Source: Solirubrobacterales bacterium (GTDB lineage Bacteria > Actinomycetota > Thermoleophilia > Solirubrobacterales > 70-9). Taken from it: DNA of 44,955 nucleotides. The stretch's first letter is position 1; the number at the start of each line of letters is the position of its first letter. This document shows, piece by piece, positions 43,609 to 44,955 of this stretch. The notes beneath the pieces were generated by a model. That model had not been told where the DNA came from and ran no database searches. It saw only the letters and a list, made by a program, of their open reading frames with translations. The position numbers and the translations under genes were made by a program. The stretch covers positions 1-44,955 of the forward strand of contig DASZUH010000205.1 of the NCBI GenBank assembly GCA_035547715.1, written 5' to 3'.

Positions 43609-44955
43609 CTACCAACGGTCCGGCCCGTATGGGCTCCATGATCCGAGGTACGGCTTCAAGCCCTCGTTGTTGATCTCGGGGTCCGCCGGCATCGTCGGAA
43701 GGCGTTGGAGGCGGTCGGCGTGCTCGCGGGCGAGTTCTAACCAGGCGGCGGTGTCGGGCTGGGTCGCGGCCTCCCCGTAGCGTGCCTCGACGGCGTCGCA
43801 GTAGGCGCGGATGGCATCGGCCGCCTGCCATGCACGGACGCGGCGGCGCAGGACGTCGAGTCGGTGGTCCTCGAGGAAGCGGCGTTTGGCGTCCGCCATG
43901 GCCGCCTCCCACTGGCGCTGCCGCTCGGCTTCCTCACGCTCGCGCGCCAGGCGGCGTTCCTCGGCCTCGTCGGCCTGGGTCTCGAGCTCGCGCAGGACCT
44001 GACCGAGACGGTCGTCGAGCCTCCAGCGTTTGCGATCGCCCCAGGTGGTCTGCCGCGGGCTGTAGCCCAGCAGCGAGATGTTGAGCTGGCCGGTCGCGTC
44101 CTTGTCGTAGGCGGTGGGGCGCGACGGGAGATAGCCGAGGTGGAAGTTCAGCCTGTTCTCCTCGTAGTAGGCCTTCTGCTGCTCCCAGGTGCCGCGGAGC
44201 CCGACGCCTTTCTCGTAGATGCGCAGCCCGATCTCGTGGCCCTTGACCGTGACCAGGAGGTGCGCGGAGTCCTTGGCATTGCGCTCGCGCCGGCCGTACC
44301 GGTCGGTCGGGGGTGCATTTGCGCACTCGATCTGGTGCCCGCGACGCTCGATCTCGACGGCGAGCGCATGGATGATCCTCAGTGCCCGCGAGAGGGCCTT
44401 GCGTGAGATCTGCTGGAGATCGGTGTGATCGCGAAACTGCCGGGCGACGCGGTGGTATTTGGTCAGCCGGGCCGGGACGTGGATCTCCTCCGCACCAAGC
44501 TCGTTTCCGGTCAGGCCGTCCTTTAGCTCGATGACGAAGCCCTCACGGCCCCGGGAGACGACGAGGCGCTTGCCGTCGGGGACCTTGCCGTGGCGCTGGG
44601 CGGCGTAGGCGCGCTGGCGCCAGTTGACGCCACCCTTGGCGGTCTCGTCGGGTAGCGCGAGGCGACCACTCGCGGCGATCACGTCGGCGACGAGTTGCTC
44701 GGTCTTGCTCGACGGCCGATCGAGCACGCGCGTGGAGGAGGGATGCGGTCCTCGATCCGTGGCTGGCAGACGCGCGGGCCTGCTCCGAGGCGAAGTTGGA
44801 CGGGATGCGGCCGAGCCATCGAGAAATGCACGGCCGCGGTCGGTCAGCTCTGCATTCCAGGTTTGGCCACGTCCGCGGATCCTGACCAGGCCACGGGCCC
44901 TCAGCGCCGCTGCGGAGACCTTGTGGCCTTCGCCCTCGAAGACACCGGCCGGACA
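43609..44955 (-). CDS. conserved hypothetical protein with a charged coiled-coil segment (5' end probably outside the window)
   Basis: The ORF track gives 43609..44727 with a GTG start. The same frame stays open to the window edge (44955) and there encodes plausible protein (GHKVSAAALRARGLVRIRGRGQTWNAELTDRGRAFLDG, winged-helix-like). A coiled-coil-like stretch follows (EAEERRLAREREEAERQRQWEAAMADAKRRFLED). No family recognised. Confidence 0.6.
   Translation of the reverse strand, partial: CPAGVFEGEGHKVSAAALRARGLVRIRGRGQTWNAELTDRGRAFLDGSAASRPTSPRSRPARLPATDRGPHPSSTRVLDRPSSKTEQLVADVIAASGRLALPDETAKGGVNWRQRAYAAQRHGKVPDGKRLVVSRGREGFVIELKDGLTGNELGAEEIHVPARLTKYHRVARQFRDHTDLQQISRKALSRALRIIHALAVEIERRGHQIECANAPPTDRYGRRERNAKDSAHLLVTVKGHEIGLRIYEKGVGLRGTWEQQKAYYEENRLNFHLGYLPSRPTAYDKDATGQLNISLLGYSPRQTTWGDRKRWRLDDRLGQVLRELETQADEAEERRLAREREEAERQRQWEAAMADAKRRFLEDHRLDVLRRRVRAWQAADAIRAYCDAVEARYGEAATQPDTAAWLELAREHADRLQRLPTMPADPEINNEGLKPYLGSWSPYGPDRW

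Noticed and set aside
1-44955. Looked for CRISPR arrays, rRNA genes, IS elements/transposases, integrases and long direct or tandem repeats.
   Set aside because: None was recognised by eye in either strand. The only repeat families seen are the tRNA-derived cores and the palindromes listed above. A systematic repeat search was not possible.

Overview
This is a high-G+C, actinobacterial-type chromosomal segment with three parts. G+C values are my own spot counts of single 60-nt lines, about 80% in the cob genes, not a full computation.

(1) 0.3-5.9 kb holds a SAM-dependent methyltransferase, an unusual collagen-repeat/Hcp-fold protein, and a TetR-controlled MFS + ABC efflux module.

(2) 6.3-33.5 kb is a near-complete aerobic-type (CobG/CobN/CobF/BluB) adenosylcobalamin supercluster. 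It contains the cbtBA cobalt importer, bluB-cobT and cobS. It also contains a 13-gene, 18.4-kb string (10352-28726) with no intergenic space at all, then cobK, cobF and a BtuFCD-like ABC importer. I recognise three cobalamin riboswitches. Several enzymes are fused: BluB-CobT, ChlI-ChlD, CobU-CobD, CobM-CobG and CobI-CobJ. A phosphoglycerate-mutase-like metalloenzyme is embedded in the operon.

(3) 33.5-44.9 kb starts with tRNA-derived att-type scars and continues into a lower-G+C accessory island (spot counts about 53-65%). The island carries a VapBC-like RHH/PIN toxin-antitoxin pair, a tightly coupled operon DUF4338 (DruA-like) -> gutted NurA-like remnant -> HerA-like ATPase, a KwaA/KwaB (Kiwa-like) pair, and a 1048-aa UvrD-type helicase fused to a Cas4/RecB-type Fe-S nuclease. 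It ends with a conserved hypothetical gene that runs off the window.

My best candidate for an undescribed system is the DUF4338-NurA-HerA operon (34989-38330), a combination I do not know from any described defence system. All family calls come from motif recognition by eye. No database search was run. No integrase, transposase, CRISPR array, rRNA or intact tRNA was found.
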